In this document: positions 52,411 to 63,717 of the stretch, piece by piece
Layout: each line of letters begins with the position of its first letter
Position numbering within the stretch: the stretch's first letter is position 1
NCBI RefSeq assembly: GCF_964355755.1
Contig: NC_092676.1
Coordinates: 26,554,871 to 26,618,870 of the forward strand
Origin: Antedon mediterranea
Lineage: Eukaryota; Animalia; Echinodermata
DNA length: 64,000 nt
Reading direction: 5' to 3'
Translations under genes and position numbers: made by a program
Notes under the pieces: model-generated
What the model was told of the DNA's origin: nothing
The model's input: only the letters and a program-made list of their open reading frames with translations
Database searches by the model: none

Positions 52411-54048
52411 ATGGCTAGCAAGGATTTAAATCTACTTGGAGATATAAATGATAAACTAGAATGTTCTATCTGTAATGAAAGGCTAGAAGACCCAAAATCA
52501 CTTAGCTGCCATCATAGTTTCTGTCTGAAGTGTTAACTTGCACCAAATACAATTCTTAACAACCTCTTGGAAACCATCAAACAACATGAAGTAAAAGATG
52601 AGGTTACTGGCACTGCCTCTCTGTGTGCCTCTCATGCTAAACCGTTAGAAATGTATTGTACAAAATGTAAAGTACCAATATGCATAGAATGCACTGAAAT
52701 GGAACATGCCGCAGGAGATGGAAAACATGAACTAATTAACATTGTAACAGCATTTAATACGTTTAAGGAAACATTAGAAGACTTAAAGAAAGCTGCCAAT
52801 GAATCCATGAGAAAAACAGACAATGAACTTAAAGTAGTCACAAAGAATGCTAAAGAACTAGAAGAAAGTAAAGATGCAAGTCTCAGAGATATTGATAACC
52901 AAGTTCAAGAAATGGTACAAGTAACCAAGAAAAAAGGAAAGAAAATGAGAAAAAAAGGAGAAGAAATGAGAAAAAAAGAAGAAGAAATGAGAAAAGAAGT
53001 TGAAGCAAATTATATGAAGGAAAAGAAAGTTAATGATGTAAAAATTACAAATTTAACAAAAATCATCTCTGAATTAAACACAAGTGTGAGTTTCGTAAAT
53101 CAGTTACTAATGAGTGAGCCAGCAACTGCTATGAAATCAAGTGAGAGTGTATTAAATACACTAATGGATGAAATTAATAAATCTCAAGAAATCAAGCAAA
53201 AGGACAGCAGACAAATTAACTTCATCAGAAACAAACAGTCAATTGATTTACTGAAAGTTGGAAATGTTATAATCAAACCACTTCCTATCAAAGTAGAGGC
53301 TAATCCTTGGGGAGTAGCAAAGTGTGATGATGATTACTTGCTGGTTTCATTTCTCTCAAATGAAATTCACAAGTACAACCAATCAGGAGAATGTATAAGC
53401 AAGATTACACTACCAAAAGGTGTGATGGTTAATAGAATGTACAGAATGAAGAATGGCAACATAGCGTTCAGTGATAAAGGTAAAACATGCATTCAAGTAT
53501 GTGATATGAATGGTCATGTGATCAAATCCATTGGTAAGGGTGTATTGATGGATCCACGTGGTATTCACATAGATGAGGCAACTAATGTTATATATGTAGC
53601 AGATGCAGGAAATGGATGTGTGTTCATGTTTGACATTAATTATAGTGGTAAGCAGTTAAAGAAGATAGGATCACAAAATGAAGAACATAGATACTCTGAT
53701 GTTGCACTTACAAAAACTGGTAAAGTACTTGTAGCAGATAAAGGACAGCATCAAGTATTATTGTATGATGACAAGAACCAGTCACTGAAAGTATTTATCA
53801 ATGAAGGAGTTAAAGATGGCAAGGTGAGGTTGCCACATGGAGTTGTAGTTGATGAGGATGATAACATCATCATAGCAAGTACTGACAAACTACAACTATT
53901 CAGTAGTGATGGACATTTTATAAAAAGAATTGATCAACAAGAAGATAGAATTAGTGTACCACTTCAGTTATGTATCATCTCTCATAATCCATGTATGGTT
54001 GCTGTAGCAAATTACAGTGAAAAAACAATCAAAATATTTAATTATTAA
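52411..54048 (+). pseudogene. TRIM-NHL copy with an in-frame RING deletion creating a stop at codon 42; downstream frame intact
   Basis: CTG AAG TGT TAA CTT GCA CCA (TAA at 52534-52536), ~87 bp missing relative to 55797; 493-codon ORF 52567-54048 in the same frame. Confidence 0.85.
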
Positions 54049-54529
54049 TGTATAAAATATATCATTACATTAAAGAAACAAAGTTAAATGAAAGATCAAT
54101 TACATTAAATCAAAATTATTTATTAATTTATTACACAAAGCTTAAATATTTAAAAACAATCTTCAAAATAAATTGGAAATTTTAAAACTCAAAATAACCA
54201 TGCAATATCTATTTTTAAAATTTCATGAGGCGAAACTTATGATGGTTGAATTCCTTGTATTTTATAACTTTAATATCATTTGAACTAATGTTATAATTAT
54301 GTCATCATTGAAAAATAAATGCTTTCTTAGTTGTTTTTTTTTTGTGGGTAATATTTAGTATTTTTAGAATAAGCCCAATTTGAATTATTGTACAGTATAT
54401 TATAATAATATATGTTACACTTGTAGGCAAAGGCAGTTTTTGTTTTAGTTTTCCTAGTTTTAAATCATTAAATACAACATTATTCTTATTTTATCAAGTA
54501 CGCATAGATACCTATGGTAATCACAGTGA

Positions 54530-55157
54530 AGTGATCACAATACTGTATATAGTAATCTGTACTACCTAGTATAATATAAAGTGATCACATACTGTATATA
54601 GTAATCTGTACTACCTAGTATAATATAAAGTGATCACATACTGTATATAGTAATCTGTACTGCCTAGTATAATATAAAGTGATCACATACTGTATATAGT
54701 AATCTGTACTACCTAGTATAATATAAAGTGATCACATACTGTATATAGTAATCTGTACTGCCTAGTATAATATAAAGTGATCACATACTGTGTATAGTAA
54801 TACTGTCTACCTAGTATAATATAAAGTGATCACATACTGTATATAGTAATCTGTACTACCTAGTATAATATAAAGTGATCACATACTGTATATAGTAATC
54901 TGTACTACCTAGTATAATATAAAGTGATCACATACTGTATATAGTAATCTGTACTGCCTAGTATAATATAAAGTGATCACATACTGTATATAGTAATCTG
55001 TACTACCTAGTATAATATAAAGTGATCACATACTGTATATAGTAATCTGTACTGCCTAGTATAATATAAAGTGATCACATACTGTGTATAGTAATACTGT
55101 CTACCTAGTATAATATAAAGTGATCACATACTGTGTATAGTAATCTGTACTACCTAC
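54530..55157 (+). repeat. 49-bp minisatellite, ~13 copies
   Basis: Same unit and same 3'-flank position as 10258-12057. Confidence 0.95.
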
Positions 55158-55796
55158 AGCCATTTTTGACAATTTCAGACTAAAGTTTTCTCCCTGAAAA
55201 GTAGTTTAAAAAAAGGGCTGAACCTAAATTGTATTGATTATTTATGAGTGACAATAAAGTGCTTGAATAAATGCTTCAGTTGTGTTTTGTAATACTGATT
55301 TTGAAGGCATAACATCTTGTTCAAACAGATGAATGCATTAATAACACGATTACAAGTTTCAAAGTGCAAAAACCAACTTTATTCTATTAATGTAAACTAT
55401 TGGTTTTAATTCCTGAAATTATCATTTGAGCTAGGAAATTATAAGGCATTTAACATAAAAAATTATATTAAATTTATTTAGTTGAATTAGTTCAGTGTAG
55501 CTGTAGTCTCCTATGCAAACAGTTACTCAAGATATTCAGTAATAGATTCTTGTTGTGTTAACATGTATTGTTGGCTTGGATATTAGTAACTAGATTATTT
55601 TACCTACAATTAAATGCCAAGCAGAGATGTATTGTACAGGCATCCGATGATCACATGACAAGACGTAACCAGTATAGTAAAATCCAATTGATAATGGGTG
55701 GATAAATAAATAAATTGCATTTTTTTAATTCAATAAATTGAAAATATGCAATTTTCTATTTATGTGTAATTTATTAAAAATAAAATCTTTTGCAGA

Positions 55797-56228
55797 ATGG
55801 CTAGCACGGATTTAAATCTACTTGGAGATATAAATGATAAACTAGAATGTTCTATCTGTAATGGAAGGCTAGAAGACCCAAAATCACTTGGCTGCCTTCA
55901 TAGTTTCTGTCTGAAGTGTTTGGAAAATTGGGTTCAAACCAACAATGGACAGCTAACATGTCCTATTTGTCGCAAAGAGTATCCCATACCAGCAGGAGGG
56001 CTTCAAAAGCTTGCCCCAAATACAATTCTTAACAACCTCTTGGAAACCATCAAACAACATGAAGAGAAAGATGAGGCTAAAAGCACTGCTTCTTTGTGCG
56101 TCTCTCATGCTAAACCATTAGAAATGTATTGTACAAAATGTAAAGTACCAATATGCATAGAATGCACTGCAATGGAACATGCCGCAGGAGATGGAAAACA
56201 TGAACTAATTAACATTGTAACAGCATAG
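55797..56228 (+). pseudogene. 3'-truncated TRIM copy: intact RING plus B-box only (143-aa ORF)
   Basis: Very similar to 7875 up to INIVTA, then TAG from unrelated sequence; no coiled coil or NHL follows. Confidence 0.8.
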
Positions 56229-57114
56229 AGTATTTTAAACTAAAACCATACAACAACAAGACATCCACCGGTTCAGTTCAAAACCATTTTAAGTTAAATT
56301 TTTAATTAATTATTTTCTATCCACTCTACCATTTTCATATAAAGATACCATGGAACCACGTCAGGTCAAGTTCAATATTGAATATCGAAACGTGGCAGGC
56401 TATATGGCGCTTGACCTTTGACAAGATCGCCTAAAATTTATAATTTAAATCTACGATACTTAGTATTGTATATTCAGGAATCTTCAGGAATCTTCTTCCT
56501 TATATCTTGTTCTTATTAACTCAAAATTATTTTTACTAACAAACATTACTATTTGTATGCCTAGTGTGTAAACATTATTGACATAATTTCATAAACATCT
56601 TTATGTCGTACAACTACTCGTAACATTTTTTCTCAACTTTCTATCATCTAAAAGTTGTAGTTAGTCATGCCTCGGGTCACATTCTATGGTCACCGTACAG
56701 GTAGGCTACTACATAATAGTACTTCTATGAATGGATGACTAGCCGGTGACAATAACGTTAGTTGGTCATACCCAGTACCGTTTTTGCTTTTACGATCATT
56801 CGGGAAACCACCTCACGACGCCTGTAGGCCAAGCCTGTGAACCTTGTGTACATTTTTTAAGGGTGTATACACCTACCTACCTTTAGTGTCTTTATTTTTG
56901 GTTCAAATGTTTTATTTACTTAATAATTAATATGATATATTTATAGTTTATACTGTAATAATTTTAAAATTCCTACCATGTCTGTTTACTATAGGATGAA
57001 TGTAGATTATTTAAAAACTTTAATATTATAAATACAAAATGCACAAACAAAGTAGCCCACTATGTAGAACAAAACATTGCTATACAAACAATACAACAAA
57101 CAAATTAAACTAAA

Positions 57115-57336
57115 GAGAAGGTAAAGGTATTTATTTTGGTCTTCAAACTTAACTAGAAACTGAGGAAATCTGGGCCTCTACAAACCCATGGCAACCAGGA
57201 GTGGAGCGTCTACCAAGTTCTTTAACATGCACTATACATACACGGCTTTACGTCTCATCCGAAGGACGAGGCAATGAGAATAAAGCATCTTGCCTAAGGA
57301 TACAATTAGTATGGTACAGAGATTCGATCCCATGCC
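57115..57336 (-). mobile_element. SINE-like element interrupted by the 57337 transposon
   Basis: Minus strand GGGATCGAATC (B-box-like), CCTTAGGCAAGATGCTTT, GTCCTTCGGATGAGACGTAAA, tail TACCTTTACCTT. Confidence 0.6.
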
Positions 57337-59077
57337 CAGGCCCGTATCCAGGGGGGGTGCGTTGGGTGCAGACGCACCCCGCCAAGTCCCAAAAGGTCCA
57401 CTATTTCCTCGGTTGGTATTTTTTCTTGTTTTGTTTAACTAAAGACAATATCATTATATATATACAAAATTTACATTATCAATGGTATACAAACAAAAAT
57501 ATGCTAATATAAAATGAAAAAATACCGGTAATTAAATTACGGAATCTGAACTGACTACAAACTCGATGTAAAACATGCGCAGTCGATCATGTGACGACAA
57601 GCAATAGCTTAGCGCTTCATGTACGCGGTACGCGGTAAAGTGTTTGCTGGAGAAATACAGACAACTTAACGTCAGGGAACACGTGTACTTTTTGTCGGGG
57701 AATATAATATACAGTAAAAAGCGTTCGCGTTCACTTCGTAGCTAGCTTCAGCGCCTAGAAAACCGCGACGTTTCATTGACCGTGAGAGTACGTCAGAGTG
57801 ACATTATGCACTTTATATGCATTCATTATTGCCAGCGATCTAACTTACTACTAAACAATAGCTAGGTACGCACTTGTCTGGCGGTATCCCTTTGTACGAA
57901 TCGTTCAACGTTGGGTCGAGACGCGTGATATCAAGTTTCATCCAGGGACCAAAATGTGTAATGTGTTATTTTCCAGGCGAAGTTTACCGACGGTTACGTC
58001 GTGTACTGCGTCGACGTACGCTACACTACAGCAAAAACGAATTATGTTAATTGTTCGTTTGTTCACCAATTTTTTAATTTACAAGTAACTTTCTGTACCG
58101 TGGGGCACCTAAAATAAATTTTTCATCCATTACTAAACAAAAAAACATGCCATTTTCGCTTAGCCAACATTATAGCTATAGTTATTACATTTTCAATATC
58201 CTGTATGTCATGAATTTCTCACCACTCGGAAGTCCAGATGGTACGCATGCATACACCTGGGAGGAATAAACTTTTTTCCCCGACTGAAAAAGGTCTACGC
58301 TTGCGTTTTTTAAGCCTCTAGGCCTGATGTTTCCAAAGTATAAAATGACCTGCAGCTCTAGTTTTAAACATTTTCTTAGCTCAGCCCCAACAATAAAGCT
58401 GGTCATATTTCGAAGAACAAGAAGTACATTTTCCGGGACCTAACATCTCTATTTTTCAAACATTTCTTAGCTCAGTCACAACCCATGATAGGGACTTATA
58501 TATTTTTTTTCATGTTTTGAAGTATAATAAGTCCGATTTCCGGGACCTCCAACTCTATTTTTCAAAATTTTCTTTGAACTTTTATTTTCTAAATTGAAAA
58601 ATATGGATTGAAACCGTCATCGCGCATCGTTTTTTTGCACGCAGTATTTTATTTATGCATTATAAAAAATGGAAAAAATGGCTACCCTAAATCTGATTAA
58701 AAAGACCTCAAATGACGCTAGAACGCGTTGCTTCCGGGGGCTTCTCCCCCTGGACCCCCACCGGGGGCCCTTAGCCTAGTGATGCTCGCTTCGCTCGCAT
58801 AGCCCCCTCGTCGGAGAATGTAGCCCCCGCGTCGGGAAGATCCTGGCGCCACCCCTGCTGAGTTGGCCTCATCATGAAAGCGTTAAGTTCTGGTGTCCAT
58901 CGTTCAACTAGCCCAAGCCACAACAGAGAGTCTTACATCAGTCTTTAGAACGTCAAATAACGCAAATTTTTCCAGGCCCTTCGGCCCCTGGACCCTGACC
59001 GGGGGCCCTTGGCGGCCCCCTGGCCCCCAGCCATTGTTGCTCGCACCCCCCCATTATAAATGCTGCATACGGGCCTG
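57337..59077. mobile_element. Non-autonomous hAT-like transposon with 5-bp TSD
   Basis: ATGCC|CAGGCCCGTATCCAG...CTGCATACGGGCCTG|ATGCC; GC-rich subtermini. Confidence 0.8.
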
Positions 59078-59787
59078 ATGCCTATCACATACCAGTACGA
59101 TATTATCATTACAGAACTGGTGTTTTAACACGTATTGAATTGTGATACATGTAGATGTATTGATAATTGTTTCATATGGTAAAGTGAACAATTATAATCA
59201 CATTCAACTGTTGAAAATCATCAACAAACAAACTATTGTGATGGATTGATTTAATTAAGTGTTCTGCATCCCAAATTTTGAAATCATCACACTACACCTA
59301 CAGTAGTCTAGAATATTGCTCTGGACATATATGATATTTCAACGCAGAAAAACCAACTTTACAGCATTTCATTATTGGGAAAGTTAGTTTTAATTCTTGT
59401 AACTAACATTTGAATACAGTACAAGGTATTTACATATAAATTGCTTTTTGTGGATTTAATTTGTATACAAGTCTCATATACAAACAACCATGATACTGTA
59501 GATGGACTTAGTTAGATGTACAGTACTTAGGCATGGCTGGAATTGGAGAACTAGGTACATGTGTCCTATTTTATTCTCCAGTCTTGTTTCTGAAATCTAA
59601 TCTAAAATATGGTGTGGATATTCAGTTAATAATTAATTGTTATTTAATGCTCCATATTCATCTAAATTACACACAAAATCCTAAAGTAATAACTTTTATT
59701 GTGTTGGGTAGAAAGGAACATGGTGAGAATAAACAGTTTGTAATATTATTTTTATTAAACAAAATAATTATAAATTACTATTACAGG

Positions 59788-61548
59788 ATGGCTAGCAAGG
59801 ATTTAAGTCTACTTGGAGATATAGATGAGAAAGTACTAGAATGTTCTATCTGTAATGAAAGGCTAGAAAACCCAAAATCACTTAGCTGTCTTCATAGTTT
59901 CTGTCTGAAGTGTTTGAAGAATTGGGTTCGAACCAATGGCAAGCTAACATGCCCTATATGTCGCAAAGAGTATCCTATTCCAGTAGGAGGGCTTCAAAAA
60001 CTTGCACCAAATACCTTTCTTAACAACCTTTTGGAAACTGTAAAACAACACGAACAGAAAAGGAAGGTTAAAGGCACTGCCTTTCTGTGCCCCTCTCATG
60101 CTCAACAATTAAAAATGTATTGTACAAAATGTAAAGTACCAATATGCATAGAATGCACTGAAATGGAGCATATTGCAGGGGATGGAAAACATGAACTAAT
60201 TAACATCGCAACAGCATTTAATACGTTTAAGGAAACATCAGAAGACTTAAAGAAAGCTGCCAATGAATCGATACAAAAAATTGAAAATGTACTCAAAATA
60301 GTCACAAAGAATGCTAAAGAACTAGAAGAAAGTAAAGAGGCAAGTATCACAGATATTGATGACCAAGTTCAAGAAATGGTACAAATAATCAAGAAAAAAG
60401 GAGAAGAAATGAGAAAAAAAGTTGAAGCAAATTATATGGAGGAAAAGGAAGTTAATGACGTACAAATTACAAATTTAACAAAAACCATCTCTGAATTAAA
60501 CACAAGTGTGAGTTTCCTAAATCAGTTACTAAAGAGTGAGCCAGCAACTGCTATGAAATCAAGTGGGATTGTATTAAATAAAATGATGGATGAAATTAGT
60601 AAATCTGAAGAAATCAAGCAAAAGGACAGCAGACAAATTAACTTCATCAGAAACAAACAGCAAATTGATTTATTGAAAGAAAATGACATTGGAAATGTTA
60701 CATTCAAACAAGTTAATATTAAGGAAGAGGATATGCCTAGCAGAGTAGCAAAGTGTGATGATGACATTGGAAATGTTGTATTCAAACCACTTCCTATCAA
60801 AGTAGAGGCTAATCCTTGGGGAGTAGCAAAGTGTGATGATGATTACTTGCTGGTTTCATTTCTCTCAAATGAAATTCACAAATACAACCAATCAGGAGAA
60901 TGTATAAGCAAGATTACACTACCAGAAGGTGTGAGAGTTAACAGAATGTACAGAATGAAGAATGGCAACATAGCATTCAGTGATGTCGGTAAAAAATGCA
61001 TTCAAGTATGTGATATGAATGGTCATGTGATCAAATCTATTGGTAAGGGTGTATTGAAGAATCCACATGGTATTCACATAGATGAGGCAGCTAATGTTAT
61101 ATATGTAGCAGATGCAGGAAATGGATGTGTGTTCATGTTTAACATTAATAGTAAGCAGTTGAAGAAGATAGGAACACAAAATGAAGAACATGATTACTAT
61201 GATGTTACACTTACAAAAATTGGTAAAGTATTTGTAGCAGATGAAGCACAGCATCAAGTATTATTGTATGATGACAAGGACAAGTCAATGAAAGTACTCA
61301 TCAATAGAGGATTTGAAGATGGTAAGGTGAGGTGGCCAAAAGGAGTTGTAGTTGATGAGGATGACAACATCATCATAGCAAGTATTGACAAACTACAACT
61401 ATTCAGTAGTGACGGACATTTTATCAAAAGGATTGATCAACAAGAAGAAATTATTTATCCAGAGCAGTTATGCATCATTTCTTATAACCCATGTATGATT
61501 GCTGTAGCAAATTGGGGTGGCAAAACAATCAAAATATTAAATTATTAA
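59788..61548 (+). CDS. TRIM-NHL protein, 586 aa, full length, with a 26-aa duplication at the NHL start
   Basis: ATG after TACTATTACAG|G; donor at 59425/59426; all domains intact. Confidence 0.95.
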   Translation: MASKDLSLLGDIDEKVLECSICNERLENPKSLSCLHSFCLKCLKNWVRTNGKLTCPICRKEYPIPVGGLQKLAPNTFLNNLLETVKQHEQKRKVKGTAFLCPSHAQQLKMYCTKCKVPICIECTEMEHIAGDGKHELINIATAFNTFKETSEDLKKAANESIQKIENVLKIVTKNAKELEESKEASITDIDDQVQEMVQIIKKKGEEMRKKVEANYMEEKEVNDVQITNLTKTISELNTSVSFLNQLLKSEPATAMKSSGIVLNKMMDEISKSEEIKQKDSRQINFIRNKQQIDLLKENDIGNVTFKQVNIKEEDMPSRVAKCDDDIGNVVFKPLPIKVEANPWGVAKCDDDYLLVSFLSNEIHKYNQSGECISKITLPEGVRVNRMYRMKNGNIAFSDVGKKCIQVCDMNGHVIKSIGKGVLKNPHGIHIDEAANVIYVADAGNGCVFMFNINSKQLKKIGTQNEEHDYYDVTLTKIGKVFVADEAQHQVLLYDDKDKSMKVLINRGFEDGKVRWPKGVVVDEDDNIIIASIDKLQLFSSDGHFIKRIDQQEEIIYPEQLCIISYNPCMIAVANWGGKTIKILNY

Positions 61549-62587
61549 TGTATAAAATATATCATTAAAGAAACAAAAGTTGAATAAAAGATAAATTAAT
61601 CCAAATTATCGATTAATTAGTCTATTAATTTATTATCTTAATTACACAAATCTTACAATTTAAAAATAATCTTCAGATAACTTTAACTATTAATAAAAAT
61701 TTGTTAATTATAAATAAAACCTAAAATATCCAATATTATTTTTTAAATTTCATGAGGCGAAATTTATGATGGTTGAATGACTTGTATTTTTTAATATCAT
61801 TTGAACTATTCATTATATACTATAATTATGTCATAAAAAATAAATGTTTTTTGAGTTTTGTAAATGTTAACATTGTTGTAGAAAAACTGCAAAAGATATT
61901 ACTAAACACAGACATGAATAAATAATCTGAAATAGAAGATAATAAATCACACTGTTATGTAGGTGTTTGAAGGGACAAGACATTGTGTATACAACTTGTT
62001 TGAGCAGTTTTAATCTCATCTTTTATTTGAATGATGTTATAAACAAATACATGCATATATGTTTTTGGAAGCACTTCCCATAATCAGTGTGAAGCTATAT
62101 TACATGGTGCGTTTTTTGTACTCATTTTCATCGGTATTTAAATTGTATTTTTAGACTAAACCTAACTTGAATTATTGTATATATGATACACAAGTTACAG
62201 GAAAAGGCAGTTTTTGTTTTTTTAGTTTTAAATCATTATACAACATTTTTCTTATTTTATCAAATAATCATGATGTCTATGGTAACATAAGTAGATTGTA
62301 CCTTAATAAAGTGATCACTACTGTAACATAGTAATACTGTCTACCTACAGTACGATTATTAATTTTTCCAAAGCAAATTTCAGACTAGATTTCTCCCTGT
62401 AGTCAAATGTATACTGTAATTAATTTGAGTATTTTTAGTTTATGTTATACTATAGTTTGTAGTCAAAAGCATTATTATGGTTTTCCTAGCTTTATATCAT
62501 AATATATTATATTAATTACAAATGTTATGCAATGAACATTATTCTCATTCTATCAAGTAAGCATTAATATGGTAGTGGTGTTTACTG

Positions 62588-62711
62588 GCAATGGCAACAT
62601 AGCATTCAGTGATGTTTGTAATAGATGCATTCAAGTATGTGATAAGAATGGTCATGTGATCAAATCCATTGGTAAGGGTATATTGGAAGACCCATGTGGT
62701 ATTCACATAGA
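62588..62711 (+). pseudogene. Isolated NHL fragment (blade 2-3)
   Basis: NGNIAFSDVCNRCIQVCDKNGHVIKSIGKGILEDPCGIHI. Confidence 0.85.
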
Positions 62712-62959
62712 ACCCTCTCCCTGGCTGTTTCTATCTTGTTGAAATTTATTTATGAGTGAAAATAAATTGCTTGAATAATTGCTTCAGTTGTGTTTTGCAA
62801 TACTGATTTTGAAGACGTAACATCTTGTTCAAATAGATGAATGCTTTGATAACATGATTTCAAGTTTCAAAGTCCAAAAAACAATTTTATACGATTATTA
62901 CTGTAAACGATTGGTTTTATTTCATGAAACTATCATTTGAGCTGGAAAATTATAAGGTA

Positions 62960-63368
62960 AAGCAGGATATTTGTAAAATGTTTTACTCATCAGTGATGTT
63001 ATCTATTTGGGATTATTGTGGGGTTATTGTATGTTGGTGTAATTGGTTCGTCTGTGCAAACGCTTGACTCTTTCTACAGCGAACGTCTTGGCGATGTGTT
63101 CCATGCTATATTGGAAGACACCAACCATCCTCTTCATAACAACAATATCGGCTCCGTTATCGTTAGAAGTGGTAGGATGAGGACGGTGAATGCGCAGACG
63201 GACCGTTACAAATACTCGTTCTACTCAGCTGGGATAAGGCATTATAACAAAACATTTCTTAGATAGTCCCCCTTATATTTATATTTATTTATTTTAGGCA
63301 AGCCAAGGTCATTTATGAGCCCTGTAAATTCCATTTATTTTGAACAATAAATGAATCTGTATCTGTAT
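62960..63368 (+). mobile_element. 3' end of a non-LTR retrotransposon (Rex1/Babar-like)
   Basis: HPLH..RSGR..TDRYKYSFYSAGIRHYN motif, AATAAA and (ATCTGT)n tail; splits the conserved AAGGTA^TTTAACAT site. Confidence 0.75.
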
Positions 63369-63717
63369 TTAACATAAAAAATTAAATTACATTTATTTAG
63401 TTGAATTAGTTCAGTGTAGCTGTATAGTCTCCAATGCAAACAGTATAGTCAAGATACACAGTAATAGATTCTGGTTGAGCTTAACATGGATTGTTGGCTT
63501 GGATATTAGTAACTAGATTATTTTTCCTACGATTAAATGCCAAGCAGAGATTTATTGTACAGACATCCGATGATCACATGAAAAGAAGAAACCAATATAG
63601 TAAAACACAATTGATAATGGGTGGATAACTAAATTGAATTTTTTTTATTCAATAAATTGAAAAAACATGTAATTTTCTATTTATGTGTAATATATTAAAA
63701 ATTACATCTTTTGCAGA

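Noticed and set aside
20942-59787. Longer N-termini in the ORF track (starts 20942, 32003, 59533)
   Set aside because: Extensions lie in intron sequence upstream of the conserved acceptor; paralogs all start at MAS
8189-61257. Recurrent minus-strand ORFs (MRLASLLSSSSLAFF and similar)
   Set aside because: Antisense shadows of the TRIM coding sequence, repeated only because the genes are duplicated
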